Origin: Barthelona sp. PAP020
Taxonomy: Eukaryota
Assembly (NCBI GenBank): GCA_040182905.1
Contig: JARQWU010000006.1
Coordinates: forward strand, 1 to 52,243
Direction: 5' to 3'
Length of the DNA: 52,243 bases
Shown here: positions 31,489 to 42,296 of the stretch, in pieces
Position numbering within the stretch: position 1 is the first letter of the stretch
How the letters are laid out: each line of letters starts with the position of its first letter
Made by a program: the position numbers and the translations under genes
Notes under the pieces: model-generated
What the model was told of the DNA's origin: nothing
What the model saw: the letters and a program-made list of their open reading frames with translations, nothing else
Database searches by the model: none

Positions 31489-31876
31489 TTCACAGTAAAT
31501 TAGGCGTTTTGCGGGATTTTTTTTGTTGATTTTGCTCGCTCTTAAAAAGATTGCAAGATAATTTATTGACCTTTATAAGCTGAAACAAAGAGTGAAAATT
31601 ACTCCTTGAAATTCAATTTGCAATTGGACAAAATTCACTCAACTGAAAAGCCCTTTATCTCTTTCACCGGTTAATTAGACCAATATCTTTTCAAAATTTA
31701 TCAAAAACAAATCTCTTTCCCGAAAATCCAAGAAATGCAAGAATTCATTTTTCCATTCAGGAAAAATCATTTTGAACAAGAACTAAAGGATTAATTGTAT
31801 GAAATCATAATAGACCATTTTAAAGTTTGGAAAACATCCAAAAAAGAAAAATAAACAATCCTATGTGTTTATCAGC

Positions 31877-32491
31877 TTATTTGCTTCTCATATCATCAAA
31901 AAGTTGTTTTACAGCATGAACTTTAACAGAGACATTACTGCTGGTCAATCCAGGATAACGATCAAATTGAGTCATGACTGAAGGAAAAAATTTGGCAAGC
32001 AATTTTGGTAAAAAAGTGAAACCCAAACCTATAACTATTAACACTAAATAAATGCAGCGTTTTTTTATCAAGTTAGATAAAAAACAAAAACAAGATTTCT
32101 TTTTCAAAGGTTCATTTGATTCATATGCTACTTGAATTGGAGACGTCACATATTCCAATAAATCAAATTTGTTTGCTGGTATTTTAATGATCTTTATTTG
32201 ATTTTCATCACAGACAACATTAAACGAAGAAAAAATAAAATTAGGACTCTCAAAGGTAATAAGTGAATTTCCTTTTGGTATATCAACACACTTAGCATAT
32301 CCATTAGGTGCAAAAAAATTCCAAAAATGATCTTCTAAATATATGGCAACATTATTTTCAGTAGTAATATTGTTGGGTAAAATAAATTCGACATCACATG
32401 TTACAATTTTAGATGATGCAAAATCTTGGGTACAACAGCATTTAATAAGGATAAATAACACGATACATATGTATGTTGGAATTTTGCACAT
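31877..32491 (-). CDS. EMC7: ER membrane complex subunit 7-like
   Basis: Signal peptide, then NGYAKCVDIPKGNSLITFESPNFIFSSFNV (EMC7 beta-sandwich pattern), then a TM helix ending FLPKL. Confidence 0.6.
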   Translation of the reverse strand: MCKIPTYICIVLFILIKCCCTQDFASSKIVTCDVEFILPNNITTENNVAIYLEDHFWNFFAPNGYAKCVDIPKGNSLITFESPNFIFSSFNVVCDENQIKIIKIPANKFDLLEYVTSPIQVAYESNEPLKKKSCFCFLSNLIKKRCIYLVLIVIGLGFTFLPKLLAKFFPSVMTQFDRYPGLTSSNVSVKVHAVKQLFDDMRSK

Positions 32492-32660
32492 GAATGAATA
32501 AAAATAAAAATAAAATTTCTGATTCGTTTCCAAATTTGTCTTGTCTTCGATTTGTTTTCAAAGTTGTTTTTATTTGGGAAAAATTAATTCAAAAATATAT
32601 TGCAATTATAACAAGGAATTTTTTTTGCCTGCAAAATTTTTAAAGTGCAAAAACGAATTG

Positions 32661-33431
32661 ATGGCAAAATTTGCGTATTTACTTTATTGTTACATTTTAT
32701 TTTTAACTGTCAATTGTTCATTTGTTAAAATTTTAAATGCTTTTACAAATTCCAATTGTTTTTGTAGATTGTCTGTTACCGAATGTAAAGATAATTTACA
32801 GTGTGTAACACATCATTCAATATTAAATAACACCAATTATTTGACTGGATTGAAAGAAGACTGTCAATATGCTGGACAAATTGATTGTGAAAATTTTTGT
32901 GTTGCATATCCCCAAAATTTTGATATTCAACCGTTTAAATTTGATAAAAGTGGCCGGTTAAGCGATTTAGTTTTGCCAACAATTCGCATATCTCTGGTTT
33001 TAGCTTCAGAAGATTTTATGGACTCCCACACAATTTTTTCAGGTGTTGAATTGCTTGAACATCCTGAATATAGACAAAACAATGGTGCAGCACAAAGATT
33101 AAATTTTATTGATAATTTGTTCTTGGAGGTAGTATTCAAGACTTCCCCTTCTAACTGGTCCTTCTATTCAGGTACTCAAAAAAAATGTCATATTCTTTCA
33201 TCCCCTATTATTGAAGAAAAAAAAACATCTTTTGTCATTTCTACTTTCAACAGGATTTATGATGTGAATTTTGGATTTTTTGAGAATAATGGACATCCTG
33301 AAACATCAATGGAATTAAAAGCATGTTTAACATTAATGAGATTAAAAATAATTTTGCCAGTCTGGTGTATATTTTTCTTTTTCTTTTTAGAAAAGAAATT
33401 CAATGAAAAAATAAATAATAAAATAAAATAA
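32661..33431 (+). CDS. Hypothetical secreted or membrane protein
   Basis: Signal-peptide-like start at ATG 32661, Cys-rich N-terminal half and hydrophobic C-terminus. The 3' end runs into low-complexity DNA. Confidence 0.55.
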   Translation: MAKFAYLLYCYILFLTVNCSFVKILNAFTNSNCFCRLSVTECKDNLQCVTHHSILNNTNYLTGLKEDCQYAGQIDCENFCVAYPQNFDIQPFKFDKSGRLSDLVLPTIRISLVLASEDFMDSHTIFSGVELLEHPEYRQNNGAAQRLNFIDNLFLEVVFKTSPSNWSFYSGTQKKCHILSSPIIEEKKTSFVISTFNRIYDVNFGFFENNGHPETSMELKACLTLMRLKIILPVWCIFFFFFLEKKFNEKINNKIK

Positions 33432-33739
33432 ATTAAAATAAAATAAATTTTCTTTTTTATGCAAAATTCCAATTTATGGAGATTTAATTAGTGGTTTATT
33501 CTCCACTTGATAACCATTTTGTACTTTTTTGATATTTTGTTTTTTGTGAAAAACAACACATGTTGTTGCAATCAGCATTGAGATAATAACAACTATTCCA
33601 ACAATTATTGGAAGACTTGAAACAGTCAAAGTTGTAAATGATTGGTCCAGTTGTGAAACAACTATATTTATTTACAAAGAAAGTAAACTTAGAAAATACA
33701 TTCTGCCAGATTTCAGTCAAAATCCCAGGGGGGAATTGA

Positions 33740-33839
33740 NNNNNNNNNNNNNNNNNNNNNNNNNNNNNNNNNNNNNNNNNNNNNNNNNNNNNNNNNNNNN
33801 NNNNNNNNNNNNNNNNNNNNNNNNNNNNNNNNNNNNNNN
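33740..33839. other. Assembly gap (100 N, true size unknown)
   Basis: Run of N. Confidence 1.
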
Positions 33840-33884
33840 GGACACTCATCCCATGACGCTATCCTAAGCTATGGGGACTTCTGA
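33840..33884 (+). CDS. Putative C-terminal end of a tyrosine recombinase (partial)
   Basis: GHSSHDAILSYGDF* matches the box II pattern GH-x8-Y, with His and nucleophilic Tyr near the C-terminus. Only 14 residues are visible. Confidence 0.65.
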   Translation, partial: GHSSHDAILSYGDF

Positions 33885-36485
33885 AAGAATAGGACCCTGT
33901 GCTGAGTGAAGTTTATTTGGTTAAGAACAATGGGCCTCGAAAGCCTTTAACCAAATAAACACTATTCTTTCTTATTCACTCATACGCACAGTGCTTCTTG
34001 GCTTGGAAATAATTGGTCCAGTTGTGAAACAACTATATTTATTTACAAAGAAAGTAAACTTAGAAAATACATTCTGCCAGATTTCAGTCAAAATCCCAGG
34101 GGGGAATTGAGGGACTGAAATGTAATTGGAACGATCAAGTAGGAGAATTTCGGAGAAATTCTTCATTCCTATTTTTTTATATTTTTGCAAAAGCAAAATT
34201 TTAAAGTTTAAACTTTACCTTAGAAAATCTAAAGTTTTTCAACAGATCAATCGGGCCTCGAAAGCCTTTAACCAAATAAACACTATTCTTTCTTATTCAC
34301 TCATACGCACAGTGCTTCTTGGCTTGGAAATAATTTGGCATAAAGCTGACAATTATTCCCAGTTTTTGAAATAGAACAAATGATGGGACTTTCAATAAAG
34401 TCAAAAGTCTCGGAAGTTGAATTTGGGTGAATATATAATAGCATTTCTTTTGAAACTTGAATTTTTGTGTTTTTATTATGTTTTAAAAGCAAAGTTTTGA
34501 AAATTTCATGAGTGTACCACTTATCTTTAAAATAATAATCTGAAATTTGAACTGTTCCATTTCCACTAATTTGTATTATGTATGGATCATTTGTTTTAAT
34601 CAAATATTGAACATTCGGTTTCACATAACCATTTGTTCCTTCTAAAATTGGCGAAAAATGTTCATTAACTTTGGCAGTTTTTCCAAGAGGAATAATTTTT
34701 GAAGGCAATCTGCAAATTTCATTTTTATTCTTTCTTCCAGGTAAACATTGGTCTTGTGCAAATGTTTGATAATTAAATTCCATCCCCGTGACAGCTTTAA
34801 TTGATAACATTACTTTGTGGTTAACGGTTTGATAATAGTAGAATCTGGGTTTATTGTCTTGAATAATTATTTCATCAATTAAGCTTTCAGCGTCAAAGAT
34901 TTGAATAAAAGACTTTTCAGCTTCTTGAATGGTAAAAAGAAATTGATTGTGATGCAAAGGATAATCTTCAAAATGGATAATCCATGGTTTATTGCTTATT
35001 GGAATCATCATTGTTCCAATGCTTCCTCCATATTTATGATTGTTTATAAAACTTTTTAAATGCTGTCTAATTGTAGAATATGTTGAAGAACATTTGTACA
35101 AACCTGATGATTTGTCAAAATAACAGTTACCTCCACAGTTATTTTCGCATGTCTCATAATTTGAGTAATTTGAAGGTTTTGCCTCGATCATCTCAACAAA
35201 TATAGTCCAGTGATTTGATAATGTAGGAAAATGAAGAATTGGAACTCTCATTGGTAAAGAATAGTAAGTTCCAGGTTTCACCGCAGTTTCTTCTTTAAAA
35301 TTCATTGGTCCCATTGTCTTCTTTTCATCATAATCTTCATGGGTTGAAATAACAATTCTGAATTGATATAACTTTGCCAAATCTGATGTTGGAGGCCTTT
35401 GAAATATGCTAATGGATTTATTCGGAGAAACTTCCGCAATGGATGGATTACTTATTTCATAAAAATCAATTTGTTCTTCACCACTACCTTTTCCATACAA
35501 CCAAGGTTTGACAGTACAATATTTGGTGATAAAAATCATAGAATTAGGTGGAAATGCTCCATCATTGATCTCATCTAAAATAATGTTCACCTTATCACCT
35601 TCAAATCCAGCAAAAAAAGCTTGATGATTGACAATTAGTTCTTTATAATTGTTCTTCTCAAAATAAAGTTTTTCAACGATTCTTGAATTTTGTGGGATTG
35701 TATTAACCTCAAATTTACACAGTTCTTTTTGATTAAATGAATAAATTTCTTTTTCATAGGTTCTGTTATGGTCAAATCTTTCCTCAAAATAAATTCCAAA
35801 AGGTCTATCAATGATAATATAATCACCTAAATGCATTTCTTGTCTGGAAAGATATATTTCCATTGATAAAAAGGGGGATCTTATTGATTCTAAATTCTCA
35901 ACTGATAAAATTAATTCCATTACAATATCTGAAGCATAATGCAGAATATTTTGGCTAAAAGTAAGACTTTCATCAATATTCAAACTTACATCTTGAATAT
36001 CCTCAGGTTCAAATTCAACATGTAAACTCGGTAACATAATTCTATTTGGGTTATTTACTTTGATACCAATCCCATAAAATGTTGGAGTGGAAAGAATATT
36101 CGCATCATTATGTCCAAGTGCTAAATCTGGAGTGGTGGTTTGAATTATTATTTTGCATTCTTTTTCTTTGGTGATGTTGTACAGAGAGTGGATAACGATT
36201 TTATCTTCACTCATGATATACGTGCCACAATTAGTTATTTCTTTTGTTTCAATTCCAAACAATCCAATCTCAGTTTCATCAACTTCAATGCATATTATCT
36301 GAATGAGAAACACTATTAAAATCCATAGATTAACATTCATTTCACAAAATTAAAAATTTTAATGATTGTTTATTGAAAGAAAGAAATTAAAAACAGCAAA
36401 TCACTGTAAAAAAAAAAAAATTTTTTTTCTTTGAAAAAATAAAAATAAGTTTACAGTTACAAAACAAATAAATTTCTTGATATCA

Positions 36486-37574
36486 TCAACCAGAAAGCGT
36501 ATTTTCAGGAATGATGTCCCATAATTGACTCAATGTATAGGGTTTTGGAACTTCTTGAATAGCTAACCCTAAATCTTGGGAATATGTGACATTTATACGA
36601 TCATTTTGAGTATGACTACCATCAACCACATATGATGCAAAAGGATCAGAAGCTGATTCAAAGGTAGAAGAGGTAATTTTCACTTGATCTCTTCTCTGTT
36701 TGACAGTTAAAACATCTAAACTTGGTTGGGCTTTAGTATTTGTTTTTTGAATTCCTAATACGGGAGATTTGATAGCAAACCTCCAAATATGACTCAATTC
36801 TTTTTGTACTTTCGCTAATTCATCCTGAGAATCAAAAATAAATACTGCTGCAAAAGAACTATTGGAGTGACTTTTTAAATGAAGTCCACGACCATGATTC
36901 TTTGTATCACACAATTGAATTCGTTTTAATTGAATATAAGGAAGCGAAATATTGTAACCAGGGTGGCTTGAACTGTACCAAACCAAACGAACATTTGTAA
37001 CATATAAAATTCCATGTGTGAAGCTATCCAATGTAGCATTATGAACACCTTCATACCTGGAATATATTTTTTCTCCTGGTAAAATGACCAATTCATTATT
37101 TTTTATTATGCTCCCTCTCATTTTAACTTCACGATAAATTCTGGTAGTACCATACGATCTATATACAGCTTGTACACTTGTGAATAATCTTGGAGATGGT
37201 ACAAGATTGGTAAAAATGAATAAATAGTTGTGTCCACGGTATTTGCAAGTAACATACAGACTGTGTGTTGTACCCTTGAATTTACTGACAACTGAATCTA
37301 TTTGCAATGTTCTAATAGTGTTATAACCAATGGAAAGATTGTTTTCAGGATTTTCTTTGGAATACCAAATTATTCTTAAATTGGTTATTTTCAACAAACC
37401 TTCCACACCATTATTACCTTTCGTATCTTCCACATGATTAATTGAATCAATTTCAAATTCAGCACCACTAATTTCTAAATTTCTATTATTTGTGTTAGTC
37501 TATTAATAAAATTAAACATCATCATACTCAGAAAAGTCAAATTTCAATTCTTGATCCTGCCAAATTTCGCACAT
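36486..37574 (-). CDS. BBS5: Bardet-Biedl syndrome 5 protein; two exons (37574-37528, 37482-36486)
   Basis: Spliced N-terminus MCEIWQDQELKFDFSE|NLEISGAEFEIDSINHVEDTKGNNG. Motifs ITNLRIIW, VTNVRLVW and DLGLAIQ..TLSQLW. Confidence 0.95.
37483..37527 (-). other. Spliceosomal intron, 45 nt
   Basis: GTATGATGATGTTTAATTTTATTAATAGACTAACACAAATAATAG. Contains an in-frame stop, and removal restores the BBS5 N-terminus. Confidence 0.88.
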
Positions 37575-37679
37575 ATTAAAAAAACTTCAATGATAAAAAA
37601 AAAAACTTCACAAAAAAGAACTATATGCAAATTTATTCATTTGTTAATAAAATAACGATATATAATGTGTTTGTTATTT

Positions 37680-39539
37680 TTAAAAAGCTGAAGAATTAAA
37701 AATAGATTGGGTAATGGTTGAATAATCAATATTTTCCATTGGATCAATTGAACTGTCATTGTTCATCGATTTAACCATTTTTTTCATTGAATTTAATTCA
37801 AATTTACAATTATCTAATGAAAAATCTAATTCAATATTGGGATGAGCATTTTTTTGATTTCTTCTTTTTTTCTTTTTCTTATCTTTATTAATTAAAGTGC
37901 TAGCTGAATTACTGAACGATAATATTGTGCCTTCACCAGAATTCTTTATATTTTGAACAACTTCTGAAATTTCTGAATTAAAAAAACGATTTTTGTTTAA
38001 TTCTGCATTGGAATCCTCTTCATCTTCAAACATCTCATCCCAATCTGCTTCATTTAACCCTCTAATCAAAGGAAATGTATAAATATCATTTTTAGACGTT
38101 GTTTTAGGATTATTGAATATTGATTTTACACGGCCATTTTCGACAAAACAATTGGAAAGAATTTTATCCTCCTTATATAATATGTTCCACTGATCAAGAT
38201 GTATATCAGATGACCTAGTTAATTTAGAAATTAATCTATTCATGGACCAACCCGAAGTTCCATTTGCTTTGGGGAAAACATGGAAATCTTCTCCAGTTTG
38301 GGGTTGAACAAACAAATCTACCAACAAAGTATCCAAACAATAAACAGAAGCCACAGGTCGTACATTTGCTTCTTCAGATCTTGAAACTTTTTTAGTTTGA
38401 ACTGGAGAAACATGTTCTTGAGTTTCAACATTCTGTTCAACCATCAATTGGGAGACAGGTTCCTGTATTATAGCTGATGATGGTGATGATGGTGCTGATG
38501 ATGGATTTTCCACAGGTGATGGAGTCACAGAAGGTGGTGGGACACTTTGATTATTTTTCATCTTTTCAGCTAAGGTCATTCCTGTGCTTGATGCCTTGTG
38601 TTTATTAGCATTTGCATTTGTAAACTGTGCTTCAGGATTAAAATCATGCCACCAACCCCTTCTATTTGCTTTACATCTTGGATTTTCAAATTCTGATCTC
38701 TTGTAACATGGAGGAGGCAAAACACTAGGTTTTTGTTGTAATTGGGTCAATCTTGTGATACCAATAAACGATTGTGGATCTGGAATCTTCTTTGTTTGAT
38801 TTTGTATATCTTCTTTCGTGAAAGAATCTTCATCTGCACCTAACTCATGTAAATACATACAATCAGGATTCGTACATTCAATATTTTTCAAAAATTGTGT
38901 ACAATATTTGGTGGTACCATAACTTGACTTTAATAAACAAGATTCTAAAGATATTTTTGACGTGCAATATATGGCCACTGACGCATCTTCACGACTTTTA
39001 AATGTTAAATATGCACTAACTGTTGGTCCTGTAGTACTATCAATATTATGTGGCTTATTGTTATTGACTACAACTTTTTGAATAACACCATATTGACCAA
39101 AATATTCATAACTTCTCAAAATTTTTTCTTGTGCTAAACTTTGAGGAATGCCAACAACATAAACTAAATTATATTGTAAAACTCTTACATCAATTAACCC
39201 ATGTTTCATATTTAATCTTGTATTGACTTTTTTACTGCTGGGTTTTTTTACTATTTTACTTCGAGTTTTCAAATCAGTTTTATACTGGGACTCACTTGGA
39301 GATTTCAATTGAGAAATTGGGGTTCTGATTTCAGGTTCACCAAATTCTCTTCTACATTGTGGACAAATATTACTGGTTTTCTTTAATTGATTATAACAGA
39401 AATAACACATCTAATTGGTTAGGAAACTTGCATTTTAGAAATTAAATACTTGATAGCCACAGGGACATGGAAATAGTTTCATATCAGCTTCATCTCGATC
39501 CTTATAACATAAAGGACACGGCTCTGTATGAATACTCAT
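37680..39539 (-). CDS. CNOT4: CCR4-NOT subunit 4 (RING-RRM-C3H1); two exons (39539-39450, 39410-37680)
   Basis: Spliced C4C4 RING CPLC...FPCPCGYQ|MCYFC...CPQCR. Also VRVLQYNLVYVVG, EYFGQYG, SYGTTKYC and CMYLHE. Confidence 0.95.
39411..39449 (-). other. Spliceosomal intron, 39 nt
   Basis: GTATTTAATTTCTAAAATGCAAGTTTCCTAACCAATTAG. Contains an in-frame TAA, and removal completes the RING. Confidence 0.92.
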
Positions 39540-39877
39540 CTACTTTAAAAATAAAAAATGAAAAATGAGGTTGAAATTTTTTAAATGGTTGTATTTTACT
39601 TCCACAAATTTATAGAATGAAATAATAACGTCTTCATACTCATAAATGCGAACAAAGAAAAAAACATTTTACAATGGTTGAGTGTTCTTGTTTTGAATAT
39701 AAAACAATCGGACAATTTTTGAACTTTTATTTTTGTCTTGAATAAAAAAAGATACAAAAAAAAAAGAATCAATCATTTATTAAACAAATGTTTCTCAAAA
39801 AAATAATTTGAAAAGGGTTGAAAAATACATTGTACCCATTATATCTGTGATTAAAAATAAATCTTTTGATGCTATGA

Positions 39878-41235
39878 CTAATACAATCTTCTATAACTGT
39901 TATTATCAACATTTTTGTTATTATCATATCGTTGATGTTGAGTGCTTAGCGTAGAAGGATTTAATTGACCAGAAGGAACAGGCATTTGTCTTAAGGGACT
40001 TGAATGTTTGGAAGTTTGAGATCTCATATCTTGAACCTTTTTTGGAGTATTCAACGGTGTTGTTGGAACTTGATGCCCAACCAACGAAGAATTAGCCTCT
40101 ACTTCATGAACTTGCTTGGTTGGACTGTTCACAACAGGCATATTTTGAATGCGCTTTTCCAATTGCTTGAAAGGTGAGATAGGATCTTGATGTAATTCAC
40201 CCATTCTCCATAATTTACTTTCAATTGCTTGTAAAAAGGTCTGTTGTTGTCCAATAATAGAACCCGGTCTAATTACTCTGAGATAACCAATAACTTCTCG
40301 AGCTGTAAATTTAAAATGCTTCATCAAATAGCAACCAATTAAAGTACCAGTTCTACCAAGTCCTGCACGACAATGAACAGCCACAGCTCCATTCGAATTT
40401 TCAAGAATACTCAAAAATGAATTCATTAAATCCCAACTTGGCAAACCCCCATCAGGGAAGAAAAGATCATGATGATAGAAGCCTTGTGACGTGAAACTGT
40501 TTGGATTGTAACAAGGTTTATTCAAACGTATGACACTATTAACATGATGTTTTCTAAAATATGGAATATAATCCTCAGGAGTTAGAACAACAAAATGTTG
40601 AATAGCAGAAGGGTGATCTTTGGCAACAGGCCCTGCAAAAGCAAGAATTTTTTCTGGAATAATCCAATGCATATCTCCTTCAGTAACTTGTTCATAAAAT
40701 TCATATTCTTTTAAATTAAATTTGTGCAGATCAAAAATTCCAACATCCACTGCTTTTTTAACACCTGCCATAATATCAGGAATTAACAAACTAAAAATTG
40801 AACGTCCTGATGCAGCATCTCTAAAAGGAATGAAATCAGGTTTTATTGGTTTTAAAATGGACCAAGCAATTTCAACTGGCATCTCCAAAATGCAAACGCA
40901 ATAAATTCCAACCAAACAAGCTGCATTTGCACGATATAAAGAATTGGGAGAACAGTAATAAACAATTTTAACATTAGAAGATGAAGTGTTCAAAAGCTTA
41001 TTCATTTTTGCAGCGAATCTATAAACACAACCCATATTAAGTGGGCCAAAATCAGCTAAAAATGGTTCATATTGTAATTCATTTTCAGTTGAAAAATAAT
41101 AGGTGGTGGAATTTGATTCTAATTTGGTGTTTGCATCTCGTAAAGGTAGAAAATAAAAACGCTCTAAAATATTAGTAATTCATAAAGAATAGTACAAATA
41201 CCAGGAATAATGGCAACAGCTTCACGAGGTAACAT
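39878..41235 (-). CDS. CDC14: Dual-specificity phosphatase Cdc14; two exons (41235-41202, 41163-39878)
   Basis: Spliced N-terminus MLPREAVAIIPE|RFYF...YEPFLADFGPLNMGCVYRF. Also FPDG, VHCRAGLGRTG and RPGSIIGQQQ. Confidence 0.95.
41164..41201 (-). other. Spliceosomal intron, 38 nt
   Basis: GTATTTGTACTATTCTTTATGAATTACTAATATTTTAG. Removal links ATG 41235 in frame. Confidence 0.88.
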
Positions 41236-41411
41236 CAAAAATTGTTTGAAATGATTTCGTCTTTTTTTTTTTTTACCTGAAATTGATTGTGTTCAATGAA
41301 ATTTTTGAATGTTTTATCACTTTTGTGAACAATTATTTATAAATGTCAATGAAAGAAAATTTTATTTTTTTCATTTTTGAAGCGGTTGCAATTGATTTTT
41401 TTTTTTAAATT

Positions 41412-42164
41412 ATGAGTATTGAACCAGAAAAATATTTAGTTCAACCATTATTTTCTGGAGAAGAACTAACTCCCATTCCAAAAAGATCACCAAATATTTC
41501 ACATAGCGACTCCATTTCATTAAATTTTGAAAATTTAATACCGAAAATAGCGAATGTACCTGCTCGATCTGTATTGACTTTTGATATCACACCCCTAAAG
41601 ACAATTCAAACACATAATTTCTCAGTTACATCCTCCCAACAAGAACAAATGCCTGAAAATGATAATGTATACAATCAATCATCAATTTTTCTGAAAAATT
41701 CGACGCAAACAGAAAGAATCCAGGAGGATTATGAAATAAAACCCAAAAGGCGGAATATTTTTTGGAAAACACCTCAATACAAATTGGAAACTGAATCAAA
41801 GATTAAAGATGTTATAATAGATAAACTGAGTCCATTGGAAGATTTGAATGATATTAACAATTTGTCTTTTGAAGATGAAATTGATGAGATCCAAAGAACC
41901 CCTGAAAAGACAACAAAAGAATCCTCACAATTAAATGTTATAAATGAAAAGGGGCCACATGTGAAGGAAAAGAATTTGGTTCCTTTTGACATTGACAAAG
42001 AATTTTCTGATTTTGATTTGTCAACTGATTTATCGCTATCTCCATTAAATAAATTTAAATCAAACAAAACTATTAAAATTAATGATCATTCTTTGATCGA
42101 AACTTCACCTTCCAAAATGGTTGACCAAATTTTGCACAGACATTATAATTCTGTGGATTATTGA
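41412..42164 (+). CDS. Hypothetical, likely disordered protein
   Basis: 250-aa ORF rich in SP/TP sites. Confidence 0.6.
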   Translation: MSIEPEKYLVQPLFSGEELTPIPKRSPNISHSDSISLNFENLIPKIANVPARSVLTFDITPLKTIQTHNFSVTSSQQEQMPENDNVYNQSSIFLKNSTQTERIQEDYEIKPKRRNIFWKTPQYKLETESKIKDVIIDKLSPLEDLNDINNLSFEDEIDEIQRTPEKTTKESSQLNVINEKGPHVKEKNLVPFDIDKEFSDFDLSTDLSLSPLNKFKSNKTIKINDHSLIETSPSKMVDQILHRHYNSVDY

Positions 42165-42296
42165 TCAAATTGATTAGTAAATGATTAATTTTGACTATTT
42201 TATAAATATTTTTTCAATTTGTTTTGAAGTAATAACGTGTGTCAAGCACTTGAAACCATTTTTTTTTTTCTTTTTGTTTGTTTTTTTTGAATTCTA

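Larger units (their letters stand above)
33644..34332 (+). mobile_element. Tyrosine-recombinase element with split direct repeats A1-internal-B1-A2-B2 (PAT/Ngaro-like architecture); interior hidden by the gap
   Basis: A1 33644-33739 (runs into the gap) is identical to the start of A2 34015-34252. B1 33932-34011 is identical to B2 34253-34332. ATT occurs at 33641-43, 34012-14 and 34333-35. Confidence 0.85.
33474..36340 (-). pseudogene. Type I membrane protein gene (724 aa when restored), split by the element at 33644-34332
   Basis: Joining 36340-34333 to 33640-33474 gives ...CQLYAKSFTTLTVSSLPIIVGIVVIISMLIATTCVVFHKKQNIKKVQNGYQVENKPLIKSP*. Has a signal peptide and an EGF-like Cys cluster (CENNCGGNCYFDKSSGLYKC). 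Confidence 0.85.

Noticed and set aside
33644..34332. Insert as an intron of the minus-strand membrane-protein gene
   Set aside because: No sliding of the AAT boundary gives GT-AG, GC-AG or AT-AC ends.
33644..34332. Simple tandem satellite, MITE or Helitron
   Set aside because: Unique sequence precedes B1. There are no terminal inverted repeats and no TC...CTRR ends.
34015..34332. Hammerhead ribozyme (retrozyme) in the repeat
   Set aside because: No CUGANGA...GAAA core on either strand. The nearest, minus-strand CUGUUGA, lacks the conserved A and the following GAAA.
33496..34374. ORF-track entries 33496-33849, 33972-34196, 34126-34374 (and 2265-2477)
   Set aside because: Incidental frames through the repeats. 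The Cys-rich tail of 33496-33849 is the wrong frame of the host gene's TM segment.
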